The notes under the pieces were generated by a model. That model saw only the letters and a list, made by a program, of their open reading frames with translations. It was not told the DNA's origin and did not search any database. From contig JBLDXI010000032.1 in assembly GCA_047495785.1 (NCBI GenBank), positions 1,736,001 to 1,800,000 of the forward strand: a DNA stretch of 64,000 nt, read 5' to 3'. The position numbers and the translations under genes were made by a program. Below are positions 36,724-52,047 of the stretch, one piece after another (within the stretch, counting starts at the first letter, position 1; the number at the start of each line of letters is the position of its first letter). Source of the stretch: Lepidodermella squamata (Eukaryota; Animalia; Gastrotricha).

Positions 36724-38712
36724 TCACGGAGATGCCTGATCCATAGCCTGGTCAGAATCTTTATGGCCACTCGAATGATTGCCACCGGAAGACACACCAC
36801 GAGAAGGCCGCACCTTTTGAGAGAGACGTAAAATACTTGGCAACGCCGCGGCAGGCACAGCTCCCAGTTCGGTCACAACAACTGAAATCGAATCGGCTGA
36901 GATGAGATCAGCGTCCTCGGTGTACAGTTCTGTCGTCACCTTGCCGCCAGTGTTCGAACCAGGCGGTACAAGACCCTTTAGAGTCTCATCTATTTCATCC
37001 TGACCGCCAGCAGTGATTTTGTAGGTTTCAGCTAACACGATAACCGGGCAATGCCACTGAGCTCGGGCAGCCAGTGCCAACATACCAGCCCCGCGCGGCG
37101 CTAACACCGCCGAACCACGATTCGCCAGAACAGCATCTGCTGGCAGGAGGACGCAAGAAATTTGCCCATGCGGAGCGATTGCCGAGCCCAGGCGAGACAG
37201 CGGTACCGGAAAAACGACCAGACTTTTCGATTGGCCAAGCTCACCATGGTCAAACAGATCGGAATGGTGGCTATTTGCGCAACAGCCAGGCGTCGCGACT
37301 ATCACAGTAAGACCAGGTGGTCGGAATTCATGCTGCTCCACTTTTTCATCGTCATTTTTCAAATGACGCCGGTTCTCCTGGTCACATTTTCGAGCCGTCA
37401 TTGCTAATGCTCGAGAGATGAGGTGGGATATAACGGGAGGGCGGACTGTTTTGTTATGCGGGATGCAGGAAGCAGATGCCACAGCTGAATTGCAGGTGCA
37501 AGACGCGAGTGTGACGATCACACTTGACGGGAATGCCGGGTTCAGATTCAGCCCGTTAATCGAAGGCATAGCGGGCGAAATTGGACGGCCTGACGTGCAG
37601 GAAGTCAGAATCTCAGATCCAAAACGGCATAATCCGTCGGCAGCCAGTTGGATTCGCTCGATGTACAAATCGAGAAGCGATTCGGCCAAGGAAGCCAGCA
37701 TATCAACAGCCCCTAAATTCAAGGCAATGTATTAGATTCAGCTAATAAAAATGGCCATGAATGGGTAAAAATTGAAATTTTGACCACCAATTTGCTCGAT
37801 ATTTAGAATTGTTCTCTTTGGAGAAACTCGCTCTAATGGTAGAAGTACCACAAAAGTGTCAAACCAACCGATTGGTATTGATTTTGAAGCCTGCAATTGT
37901 TGCTGAGAGGATGACGCCGTAAGATTCGAGCTCGATGGATTGCTGCTCAGTGTTGGCGAAGCACGCGCATCAATACGCTGAGTTAGCAATAGTTCTCGGA
38001 CCCATTTAATGACAGCAAGGTGACCAACACAGAGTAGCGATTTCCTTGGCCCAGATACATTTCCACTACCGCAGCCATTCAGGACTAAACCGAGTTTCGA
38101 TGCCAAGAATGGCCGCAGATGAGCTTCGTCGAAATGCCGCAGTAATTCATCAGCCGCTCCAGTTGTGCCACCTCGCTGTTCCTTACTCGCCTTTAAGGCG
38201 GCTGCTGCCAAGCTGCAGTCGTGCTCGTCCTGATTTTGGCTAATAGAAACAACTAGCCGCCTCAAAGCCGCGAGAAGAGGCACGGCTCCACTCGACCAGT
38301 CATCAGGGAAATCGGAAATAAACATCGAAACATGAGGCTTAATCGGGGCCGCGTCCGGTGCCGTGGCTTCAGCCGGTTTTTTAACCGTAGCGGCAACAGC
38401 AGTTGGTTCGGGTTTTTTCGCAGGCTCAACTTTCGCTGGGGCAGGTTCCGGCTTTTTTGGCGGATTATTTTGCTTAGGCTGCTGAGGTTTAGTCTCTTTA
38501 GGCTCTTTCGCTGGTTTCGGCGGCTTTTCGTCCTGCTCTTCGCGAGCTGCAGCTTTCGCTACTTTACTCTGTTTCTCCTCCTTAAAGAAAACAAATCTTC
38601 GAGATGATTACAATGGCTAGAATCAACGTACCTTTTTCTTATCTTTATTCAATTTTCGCAACTCGGCTTTGCTCAGACCAGACTGGTCAGCAGGCTGATT
38701 GGCGTCTGACAT
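36724..38712 (-). CDS. EIF2B4: Translation initiation factor eIF2B delta-like (divergent, multi-exon)
   Basis: N-terminal SKAELRK plus a Lys/Pro-rich extension. C-terminal ADAVLAN..VLAPRG..LALAAR...PVIVLAETYK...VVVTELGAVP matches the IF-2B family delta subunit. Confidence 0.72.
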
Positions 38713-38797
38713 ATTTGTTAAGCTGGATTATATAAATTACAGATCTATAACCGAAAAAATAGATACGATTATTTCAAACGAAAATAATTTGCACAAT

Positions 38798-41567
<2,770 letters not shown>

Positions 41568-43199
41568 TTCCTTCGATTCTATGAATAAAGCAGAGCGTAA
41601 ATTGGCGTAAAGAGAAGTTCAAAAATCAGAAAAGGCTATGAAAGCGGCAAAATATCTGTACTCGTAATAGAGACTCAGCAGACAGCAGATAGCAAACAAA
41701 CTTTTCTCATTTGGAATATGTAAGTAGTTCAATATGCGACACAAGACCTAAAGCTCAATTTTCTTGAAGCTTTTAAACGTATCCAACGAACAGCGAAACA
41801 ATGTCGAAGTTAAGTTACCGACAAAAAACCTCAAAGTACAAATCTTCATTCTTCATTTTTTACCGTTCACTTGGCAAGTCTTTAAAGTTTCAAGTTGATA
41901 CAAGAAAGAACCTACATAAACTCTGAATATTCAACAGCATTAAATGTCTCACGTGACAGAAAGAAGCCAATACTAAGGGACATTGGAACCCGGAACCAGC
42001 AACTGGGACAGAGGTTTGGCAGGTTTCAGGATCATCATGAGATCGCTTTCGTCACGTGCTGGGCAGTCATGTGCAATCAAAAACTATTGACATGATTTTA
42101 TATCACATTTTCTTGAATAAGCAATCGTCTTAGTTTTCATAGTTTATAAATATCAAAAAAAATTACATAAATTTTTGCCGCATGCGATTTTGCTGACTTT
42201 TGGCGGGGGTTTCTGGTTCATGGTTTTTTTCTCATTCGTTGCGGTGTTTCAAGGTTCTAGTTTCTTACGGTTTGTGACAGAGTTGAGGTGGTTTTAGTTC
42301 TTTAACAGTTTCTACAAGTCTTGGATTATTCGATTGCTCGTATTCATTGTCCTTTGCCTTCAATTTTGCCACAATGATTATTTTTGCTTTTGTCTCAGTG
42401 CTTGATATGCTCATTTGATTAGTAACGCGAGTGCATTTCGTGAATTACTAAGGCACTGGCTGACTGATTCTATCGCAGAGAAATTCTATCGTGTATCACT
42501 GGCGTCGCTCATCGTCCGTCGCCGGTTCCTCCTCGTCGTCTCTCATATTTATTATTCTTCATCTTAGTTTTGCGCTTTTTTCATTCATGTTTTGAACGGT
42601 CGAAACACTTTGTAAGATTGGGGATGTGTAATGCCCGAATTTAGAGCAAGATGTTCATACTTATCCGTATTCCCCGTTCCGAATGATTCTCTTCGCACTC
42701 CAATTTCATATTCTTCTTTATTTGAATCGTGGGTGATCGACTACTTCATAGTTTTACGTGCAAGACGCATAAAAGAACGGGTCCAGGCTCAGATTCGGGC
42801 TATTCTAATCGGGGAGGGCGAGCGAAACCGCTGAGCCCCGAACCACCCTTCTTTAGTGCTATCACACTGTATACTAACTGTTTATTAAATAGACTGATAG
42901 AGTGAATTGTTATTTTGAGGAAATAGTGGTGATTGAACATGGTTTGGGAGAGGTTAGGGAGATGTTTGTTAGACTTCGGGTTAGATTTGAGGTTTCCTGT
43001 ATGTTGACCCGTGCCATGGCAAAATTATCTTTAACAGCTTAGAGGCTTGGGGTGCCAGTTGACACAGTCGAATTCCGATGCAGCTAACATACTAAATACT
43101 CACAAGACATAATGCTAAAGACCATGCCCTTGCGTTTTTTTCATAAATTGTTATGTTTCTATTAGTTCTAGGGTACAAATTACCGAATTTGAACATTTG

Positions 43200-44133
43200 A
43201 TGCCTAAAATGAGCTTTAAAATTATACCAAACTTATCGACAATATTTACCGACCTGCCGATGATTGAGCGCCTAGGGGCAGCTCGCAAGGCTGGGTTCAC
43301 GGCGATTGAAATGCAGTTTCCATATGAGGCTGGTAGTCCCGAGGCCTGGCGTCAGGCTCGACAAGCAGCGGGCGTCAAAGTCAGTCTCATGAACATGCAT
43401 CCCGGCGATCCATCTAAGACCGAGCAAGGTTTTGCTTGCAATCCTGACGGTCAAGAGTTCCGCCGAAGCCTTGATTTGTCCATTGAATATTGCAAGGCGC
43501 TGGAATGCAAACGTCTGCATGTTTTCGCTGGAAAGCGGCCCGTTTCTGTTACTAAGGAAGAAGATATTATCGATGCTTATGTTTCCAATATCAGCCATGC
43601 AGCATCGCTACTGGAAGAGAATGGGATTTTAGCTCTTATCGAGCCTATCAGCAACATCTTCTTCCCTAATTACTTCCTTAATCACCCTGATTTAGGTATG
43701 AAAGTAAACTCAGATTGATTCTGTGATGACCCTTCTTCTGTTTTTCAGCGCTGTCCATAGTTGAAAAAGTGCAGCACAAAAATCTTAAAATTCAATTCGT
43801 GAGTATTAATCTTTGTAATCTATGTCCATATTTAATGCTGTATTTTTTCTCAAGGATTTCTTCCACTTCCAGCTTATTTGCGGCAATCTGACTAATCAAT
43901 TCAAGCGTCTACTTCCGTATGTAGGCCACATCCAGCTTGCCCAAGCTCCTAATCGTGACGAACCCGACCAGCCGGGTGAAATAAACTTCCGTTACGTCTT
44001 TGAGCTGCTGCGGTCTAGTGGCTATTCGGGTCATGTCGGCGCCGAGTATAACCAAAAGCGCCCGACCAATGCATCTAATGGTGGCCGCGATACTTTCGCA
44101 TGGATCGAAGAGTTTGGCTTAGAAAAGGCGTAA
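43200..44133 (+). CDS. HYI: Hydroxypyruvate isomerase (3 exons)
   Basis: NLSTIF, AARKAGFTAIEMQFPY, RLHVFAG, LIEPIS, DFFHFQ..GNL, GHIQLAQAPNRDEP..GEINF, GAEY. Confidence 0.93.
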
Positions 44134-45544
44134 AAGCGGCGTATTTATCATTTCATGACACGAATTTACACAATTGCCATACATATTTTGAGAATCGGTG
44201 CTTTTTTGATTCGCGATATACCGTAATAAGTTGGAAAGTGGATTATGTTCCCTCGTCTAAGATTAAAGTATTAGTCATGCTCTACTTTTGAAAGGCTCAA
44301 AATTACACCCTGCTCATGAACTGAGTCTATTTTTACATTAATAGTGCGTTTTAGATTTGTTGATGAAATAATAATAAGAAGAGAAGACAATCTAGTCCAA
44401 TAGCGGCTTTTTACGGTATACTTGATATTCATTTGAAGCTTGAATTTCCAAATATGTTAATAAAATTATTGATATTTTCTCGAATGTGTTGTGTTATTTT
44501 TAATTAAACTCATATCGGATCTCGTGTATTGACGAAACAGATTGTGCTAAATTTTGCTGTTACATCGATTCAAAATAAAATGTTTGCAGTGGATTGTTCT
44601 TTTTTCGTTTTTATTTGTTTCTGTAAATTGAAGCAAAATCGTGATGATAAATAAAAGTAATATTAAATTCTTCTGTGAAGCTTTGCTATACACTTCATTT
44701 GGGGCAACTCAGGAATAGGTTAAAAATTCCAAATTTGATCGGTGAAATTATTTTCTGTTTCACGTGAAAGGAAGATTATCAAACGTAGTAGTATAGTGCA
44801 CGCTTAATTTTGACGCTAACTATCTCGAAACATCGACAGTATAATACCAATTTAATTGTTTTGAGCAACCAGCAAAAAAAAGGGAAAATTTAGGCTATAA
44901 AATGCAAATTGAGGCAGGAGATCATGTGGAAATTGTAAACCGGACTAGAAAAGGCAAAAGCGTCCGGTTCAGAGCGAATCCTTTCCAAACGACCGCCGGA
45001 TAGCAAATACCTATGAAAACGTCCGGTTTAGACGATTCTGTATTATACAACTTCTCCTGCATATATTATGCAGCATTGTCTTAATATAATTGAATAACGA
45101 TATACCTAGATATTCATTGCTATTTTCCGATTAAACGACACAGAGAAATCAGTCTCTTAAAAAGCCTGTCATTTGGCTGTGAAGTACATCCGAGATGATT
45201 GCGTGACATTTTTCCACCTATGAAAGGATTATTTGGCTACATGCCACATGCCATCAAGTGGGTTGAATTCGGCATGTCAAATTGGGTATGAGACGTATAT
45301 TATAGGATGCTGCGACTGGCAAAAAAGCAGGAGAGATATGCCTTTTTTGAATGAGAGGAGCATAACTATATAATTTTGAAAACGACACTTTTTCGAAGAA
45401 AATATGTAGCTCAAGTGGAATATACAACAAAACCGTAACAAGCGCTAATAATCTTGTGGAAATCTTGCACAAGAAGCTTCTTGTTCATGTTCAATTTTGA
45501 TCTAATGAGGCCGGCAAGATCGTGCTCCCGTAGGGCCAGACAGA

Positions 45545-45860
45545 AAAAATAACATGACCCGTCAGCCTTCAGTACTCATTATACGTGTAACTCGTAAAAA
45601 AAAGCTACCCGCGGACATCAGTATATAGTCTTTAATACCCGATAACGCTAGAATAAGTATATTCTCATGACACTGGACATCATAGCGTACTGCTCGGACA
45701 TCAGTATATTGTTAAATACCCGATAACGAGTGAATAAGTATATTCTCATTACACTGTACACTGGACATTACGAGTTACATAAAAATGAGTACTCCGAGGG
45801 GTCGTGTTTTTTCAATTTCATAAAAAATGGTCTCGAAACTCAGTACTTCCCTATATGTGA
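45545..45860. repeat. Palindromic MITE-like element upstream of CYP copy 1
   Basis: Imperfect inverted arms (~45545-45597 vs ~45768-45812) enclose a ~65-bp direct duplication (CGGACATCAGTATA..AATACCCGATAACG..GAATAAGTATATTCTCAT). Confidence 0.65.
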
Positions 45861-45915
45861 CGATTTGTTTTTCTTAGTTAAAAATAGCTGAGAACGAACT
45901 AAGCGCACAACATGA

Positions 45916-45929
45916 GCGTCTATATAAAG
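45916..45929 (+). promoter_or_regulatory. TATA box of CYP copy 1
   Basis: GCGTCTATATAAAG ~60 nt upstream of the ATG; identical 14-mer upstream of the paralog. Confidence 0.75.
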
Positions 45930-45987
45930 GTGGAGATCCGGCGAAATAATTCAATAACCTTTCTACATTGCACGAAATTACCAAGAA

Positions 45988-47518
45988 ATGATTCTTCTAC
46001 TGTTGTCCGGCAGCATCACTGCATTATTTCTGATAACGTACCGACGTTTCCTGCTGGACAAGCGCTTTCGCCTTCCACCTGGTCCCGCCCCTATACCATG
46101 GCTCGGTAACCTCAATAAGCTGATGTTTAAAGGAGAGCAGCCCATTTTATGGCAAACTCTGAGAGATATGTCGAAGCAGTACGGCCCAATTATGACGTTT
46201 TACATGGGTTCAATCCGAATGATCGTGCTGACCAGTACCAAGGCTATTCACGAGGCGCTTGTTGAGCAAAGCAAGACGTTCAGCTGGCGCATGGAACGAC
46301 GCTTACCTGGCTATGAGGAGATGCCAGAAGCAATTGTGTTTGCCAGCCATGAGAAATGGCGGAAAAATAGACGATTTGGTCTAAAGGCAATGCGAAATTT
46401 CGGTAAGTTGTAGTTTGAGTGCCACAGGTCGCATGATCAATTTTTATATTTTAGGTATGGGTAAAGAAACGATGGTGGTCAAAATTCAGGAGGAGGTTTC
46501 AGTTCTGCTGGATGAACTTCAGGAAGTGGCCAAGGATAAAAAGCCGATTCAGCCTAACACCATTGTCACGAATGCTGTTTGCAACGTCATCTGTTCCTTG
46601 GTCCTCGGCAAGCGTATGTCCTACGATGATCCAAATTTCCTGGACGTTGTGAAGAAAGTTGAGATGGCAACTGCGCATTCAACGGTTGAGAGCTCGAGCT
46701 TCTTGCTTTTTCCGTTCCTGAAATATTTCAAGACGCCAAGTCAAGTTCTAGCGATAAAAGGCACTGCGGATCTACTCGAACTGCTGCTCAAGCAGGCGAT
46801 CAAAGAGCACCGTGTGGATTATGATCCCGAAAACATCCGCGACTTCCCTGACCTCTTCATTGCTACGGAAAATAGCAAGGACGAAGCTATGGATATGCGA
46901 GAATTCGCTGAGATTATGAACGAAATGTTTTTAGCTGGCACCGAGACAACATCCACTGCACTAGGCTGGACCCTTTTCTATCTGACAAAGTATCCCGCCA
47001 TGCAGCAAAAATGCCACGAACTGATCGATACGGTGATTGATACAGATCGTCTGCCGACGCTGGCTGATCGCCCCAAACTGGTTTACATCGATGCCGTTAT
47101 GTATGAAGTTCTTCGGCATGCTTCCATTGTTGCTCTTGGGCTTTATCACTCGAATCTTGATGAGCCGGCCAAGCTGCCTGGCTACGACATCCCACCGAAT
47201 TCGCTGGTTTGCTACAACGCTACAGCTCTGCATTTCGACGAAACATACTGGAAGAACCCCGAAACTTTCGACCCAGAGCGTTGGATCGGCAAAGATGGCC
47301 AATTGCTCAGTCACTCGTCACACTTCATACCGTTTGGCTGGGGTCCAAGAATCTGCCTTGGCGAGGGCCTCGCTAAAGTGGAATTCTTCATTTTCTTAGC
47401 CGCGGTTCTACATCGATTCAAATTCACACTGGCAACGCCTGCGTCGAAGTACGAGGATGGTTACAACGGATTAGTGCACAAGCCACCGTTTTACAACGTT
47501 ACCGTTGAAAGCCGCTGA
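45988..47518 (+). CDS. Cytochrome P450, CYP2 clan (copy 1, 2 exons)
   Basis: PPGP hinge, WRKNRRF, FLAGTETTS, EVLR, PERW, FGWGPRICLG; intron ~46403-46454. Confidence 0.95.
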
Positions 47519-47758
47519 TCGATACAGACGTTTGTACCAACTTTTGCTTCAGATACCAAATAGTTTAATCAACGTTTAATAATAAATTGAATGTCATCAA
47601 ACACTTTACAATTTTATCCACCTATCGTGCTATCCACCTATTATATCCACCCGGATATTGCATACTATATCTCCAAAGAGGGTCAGGGTTTTGGCTGCGC
47701 TTTTCAGGGATGAACATTAAAATTTGGAATATGCTCTGTAATCTCAATGCTATACTTG

Positions 47759-47955
47759 TATGATATAACATGAGTAGGAATCTATATTTGAGTGAAGCAC
47801 GAAATATAGATCGAGTAAAACGAATGAAACGAGTGAAATCGAGGCGGAACGAGCCGGCAGGCGAGTGGAGACGAGATTTCACGAGGTGAATGAGTTTAAC
47901 GAGATCTATACGAGTGCTTCACGAAAATATAGGTTTCTACGAATGTTGTATCGTA
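47759..47955 (+). other. 197-nt imperfect hairpin with ~10 tandem GA/GA mismatches
   Basis: Paired by hand: complementary blocks (e.g. GTGAAGCAC/GTGCTTCAC, GTGAAATC/GATTTCAC) separated by GA opposite GA; apex GCC-GGCA-GGC. Confidence 0.85.
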
Positions 47956-48970
47956 AAATATTACACGGTGTCTATATTTTTCGCAACGCAAAATAATAAA
48001 TAATAAAAAATCCAACTTAAAATTTCATTGAAAAATGGCTTTCTATTCATTCTCGCTCATTTTTCTCATTCGTTCGAATTTCGTCTCGTTTTGAAAGTCG
48101 ATTTTCTGTTCGACCGGAATTCTGCTCGAATTTCACGAACAAATGCTCCCAGAATTCTGTTCCGATTGGCAAAGCTGCCGCAATTGAAGCCGAATGGTTC
48201 GATAAACCATCAACCCTGAAACCTGGTTCCTTCGAAATCAACGTTCGCGAAAACCATGCGCCTTACAATCCGAAGAAACTGGTTCGATTTGAACGACACG
48301 TTTGGTGGCGGTGAAAGAAGGTCAAGCAGTCCGTCGGAATTTCATCTCTGGTTGTTGAAGATGGCTCAGTTTCGGATAAGCGCGTCGCAACGGTGTTTGG
48401 TACGTCGATGTTTTCAACGTGATCGAATCGGAACTGTCGCTGGCAGAGTGCTCCAAGTTCAATCAAGTTCAAGGTGGTGATTTCTGCGAATTGGGGTCAA
48501 AATGCTGTCCGATTTTCTGGATTTTCTGCTCAGTGTTGCCGGCACGTTCTATCGATCTAAGGAGACGACTTGCTGACCGTACCTGTTCGATGATCTTCTG
48601 CGCGATCCGATCCACGAATCGCTGCGAACTCATGCACAGCGGGGACGAAATGCTGCCCGATTTTCCGGAGTTTTCTGAGAAATTCTGGTTCCTACGGCCA
48701 ATTTTTGCAGCCCGCCTGCCAAGCTGTCCCCGTCTAAATTATTCTCAAAATTGAATCTCTCCATTTTCTTTCATAATAAATTGCGTTGCGAAAACTATAT
48801 CCCTGTGTTTTTCCGTTAGAATTAGCTGTTTCAAGACCTCGGAAGTATTGGGCTTGGAAATGGGCATCTATATTCAAAATATAGATTTTCCAGGTCAAAA
48901 ATATAGATACACCTGAATCTATATTTCAGATATAGATCAGAAATATAGTTCATATTCAAATCTATATTTG

Positions 48971-49112
48971 TATGGTATGACATGAGTAAAACGTTTATAT
49001 CTGTACGGAGCCGCCCGAGATTTACGAGTCGTGACGAGCCGGAGGCGAGTTGCGATGAGTAAATCGAGTGCGGCGAGTTCAGATATGAACGATTTACGAA
49101 TGTTATACCGTA
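48971..49112 (+). other. 142-nt imperfect hairpin with 5 tandem GA/GA mismatches, related to 47759-47955
   Basis: Same terminal motifs (TATGRTATRACATGAGTA...TACGAATGTTRTAYCGTAAAATAT); apex ACGAGCC-GGA-GGCGAGT. Confidence 0.85.
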
Positions 49113-49424
49113 AAATATCGAATTGTCATAGCGACTCGACCTATATTTTTGGCGACAATTCTATATTTGAAGTATGAAAAAATATAGATCTGTGTTTCAA
49201 GGTTAAAAATATAGACACAGTGTTATTCAGCTTAAGTTTAGATGCAAAAAATGTAAATATACAAGCTGAAAGGGCAAGCGAAGCTTTCATAACATTGTGA
49301 TAAGGAGCCTCGTGTGCCTCAAGCCATTGGTTGCCTATTATATTGCTCAGAGTAATATGTTAATGTTTTGGCCGACTGCGTTGGACAGAAATTGATCTGT
49401 TCATCACAGTCGGTCAATGAAAAC

Positions 49425-49650
49425 GACCACGTCGGACGACAGTGCTCGTTACATTCAACTCGTAAAAAAATACTTCTCTTGAACATCAGTATACCTGATT
49501 AGAGAAAAAGCGCATATACTGATGTCCGAGGGTTGAGTTGTGTGCTGATGTCCGAGGGGGTCATGTTTTTTGTCAACTGCAAAAACCCGGGAAAAAAATG
49601 GCCTCGGACATCAGTGCTTCCCTATTAACGAGACATTTTTTTCTGCTCAT
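49425..49650. repeat. Degenerate relative of the 45545-45860 element upstream of CYP copy 2
   Basis: Shares AACTCGTAAAAAAA, GACATCAGT, TCCGAGGGG.TCRTGTTTTTT and CAGTRCTTCCCTAT at the same position relative to the TATA box. Confidence 0.6.
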
Positions 49651-49674
49651 ACTAGTTTTAGGAGACAAAGTTGT

Positions 49675-49688
49675 GCGTCTATATAAAG
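49675..49688 (+). promoter_or_regulatory. TATA box of CYP copy 2
   Basis: GCGTCTATATAAAG, identical to 45916-45929. Confidence 0.75.
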
Positions 49689-49756
49689 CTCTCCGATTCG
49701 GCAGTTTCAGGTGAGAATAACAAATTTCATACCCCAATTTCATAACTTCAAAGGAG

Positions 49757-51284
49757 ATGCTTCTCTTACTGCTCGCTGGCAGCATCACTGCATTCTTGCT
49801 GATCACGTATCGACGATACCTGCTGGACAAGCGCTATCGCCTTCCTCCTGGCCCTACTCCTATACCATGGCTTGGAAATCTCAATAAGATGATGTTTCAA
49901 AATGAGAAACCAGTTATGTGGCGATTTCTGCGAGATCTGGCAAAGCAATATGGCCCCATTAACACTTTTTACATGGGTCCTATCCGAATGATTGTGCTAA
50001 ACAGCACTGAAACGATTCATGAGGCACTAGCTGAGCAAGGCAAGACATTCAGCTGGCGCATGGAACGGCGTATTCCAGGCTACGAAGAAATGCCGGAAGC
50101 ACTTATAATGGCAAACCATGACAAATGGCGAAAACACAGACGTTTTGGTCTGAAGGCTATGCGAGACTTCGGTAATATTATTCTAAAATTTGATATCTCA
50201 AACTCATGATTGTTTTGTAGGTATGGGCAAAGAAGCGATGGTGGTAAAAATTCAGGAAGAGGTCGTAGTTCTGCTTGATGAATTCCAGGAAGCGGCCAAG
50301 GATAAAAAGCAAATTCAGCTCGACACAATTGTCACGAATGCAGTTTGCAACGTCATCTGCTCATTAGTTCTCGGCAAGCGTTTGCCGTACGACGATCCGA
50401 ATTTTCTAGAAGTTGTTAAAAAACTTGAGGATATCAGCGACCATTCAACAATTGAAAGCACGAGCTTCTTACTTTTTCCACTTCTGAAATATTTCAAGAC
50501 GCCAAGCCAAATTCACGCGATAATATCCTCTGCGGATTTACTGGAACGGCTGCTTAAGCAGGCGATTAAGGAGCACCGTATGGATTATGATCCCGAAAAC
50601 ATTCGCGATTTTCCTGACCTCTTCATTGCTACTGAACACAGCAAAGATGAAGCTATGAGTATGCGGGAATTCGCTGAGATCATGAACGAATTGTTTCTAG
50701 CTGGCACTGAGACGACTTCTACTGCACTACGCTGGGCTATGTTCTATCTTACAAAATATCCAGCCATTCAGCAAAAATGCCACGAACTGATCGATTCCGT
50801 TATCGATACCGATCGTCTACCAACGTTGGCTGATCGCCCCAAGCTGCTATACATCGATGCGTTCATGTATGAACTTCTTCGACACGCTTCCATTCCTGCC
50901 CTTCCGCTTTATCATTCTAACTTGGACGAACATACCAAGCTGTCAGGCTACGACATACCACCTAATTCGTTAGTTGCTTACAACTCTACAGCTCTGCATT
51001 TTGATGAAAAATACTGGAAGAACCCCGAGGTTTTCGACCCAGAGCGATGGATCGGCAAGGACGGCCAGTTGCTTAGTCATTCTTCACACTTTCTGCCATT
51101 CGGCTTGGGTCCGAGGGTCTGTCTGGGCGAGAGCCTCGCTAAAGCAGAATTTTTTATCTTCTTGGTATCGATGTTGCACCGATACAAATTCATCCTGGCC
51201 ACGCCTGAGTCGAAATACGAGGATGCTTACAACGGTTTAGTGCACAGGCCACCATTTTACAAGGTTACCGTTGAAAGCCGTTGA
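49757..51284 (+). CDS. Cytochrome P450, CYP2 clan (copy 2, 2 exons)
   Basis: Close paralog of copy 1 with the same intron position (~50172-50220); FLAGTETTS, ELLR, PERW, FGLGPRVCLG. Confidence 0.95.
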
Positions 51285-52047
51285 TTACTGTATAGGTAGA
51301 CCTTTCTTATAATCATTGAAAACTTAACCGTTTTATATAGCCTTGATGAAACAGCAAAACGTGAAATATTTTTTTTATAATAGACAGCATGTCATACAGC
51401 AGGCATCAATAAACAAGACTCATAGTTTAAATCGGGTTCCTTTAAAACATGCTACAGCCCTGAGGAGCGGAAATGTTTTACTGTCAAGTTTTTTCGCAAT
51501 TGTTTCGATTAAATGTTTTGGACAGTGTCCCTTCGGCTTCACAGGTTTGCATCGCCGATGCTGGATAAAATTTCCCCTGTGCTCAGCTTTCAGTAAAATG
51601 TGATTCCGCCGACCTGCTACTTTTTAGCCGTTGATCGCATGACTATTGGCGATGGCTCCAAGAAGCCAGGCACGAGACCTCTTTCGTGGAAATATTCCGC
51701 AAATCGACGAGACGGCAATTTAAAAACTTTGGTGGAATTTCATTGGACATTGTATATAAAATGCAAGAAAAATGTGGCACGTGACTCGATTTTTCTCTCA
51801 TAGCTAACAGGTGAAATTTAAATGCCCGTCATTGATGATATTATAAAAAGGCAATTTAAAACTAGGCTCGTGAGCGTCGAAAGCTTTTTAGTTTTATTCA
51901 CCACGATGATAACAATGAACATGAGAGGTATTTCGTCAAACATGCAATATTTTTTCTAAAATTCCTATGTACAGAATTATTTTTATTAGACTTTCAAGTC
52001 TCTGCATATAGTACCTATTTAAAATTAAAAGCGCTTGTAGAATTGAT

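Larger units (their letters stand above)
47660..49220. mobile_element. Putative non-autonomous mobile element bounded by two direct-oriented hairpins
   Basis: Lies between tandem CYP paralogs; ~15 TCTATATTT/AAATATAGA motifs near both hairpins; internal inverted repeat TTTTCGCAACGCAA. Boundaries approximate, no TSD found. Confidence 0.55.

Noticed and set aside
43200-44133. HYI as a bacterial horizontal transfer
   Set aside because: It has spliceosomal introns, and HYI is widespread in animals.
48028-48754. Short ORFs inside the hairpin element as a recombinase gene
   Set aside because: Fragmented, with no tyrosine-recombinase (R-H-R-H-Y) or HUH motif visible.
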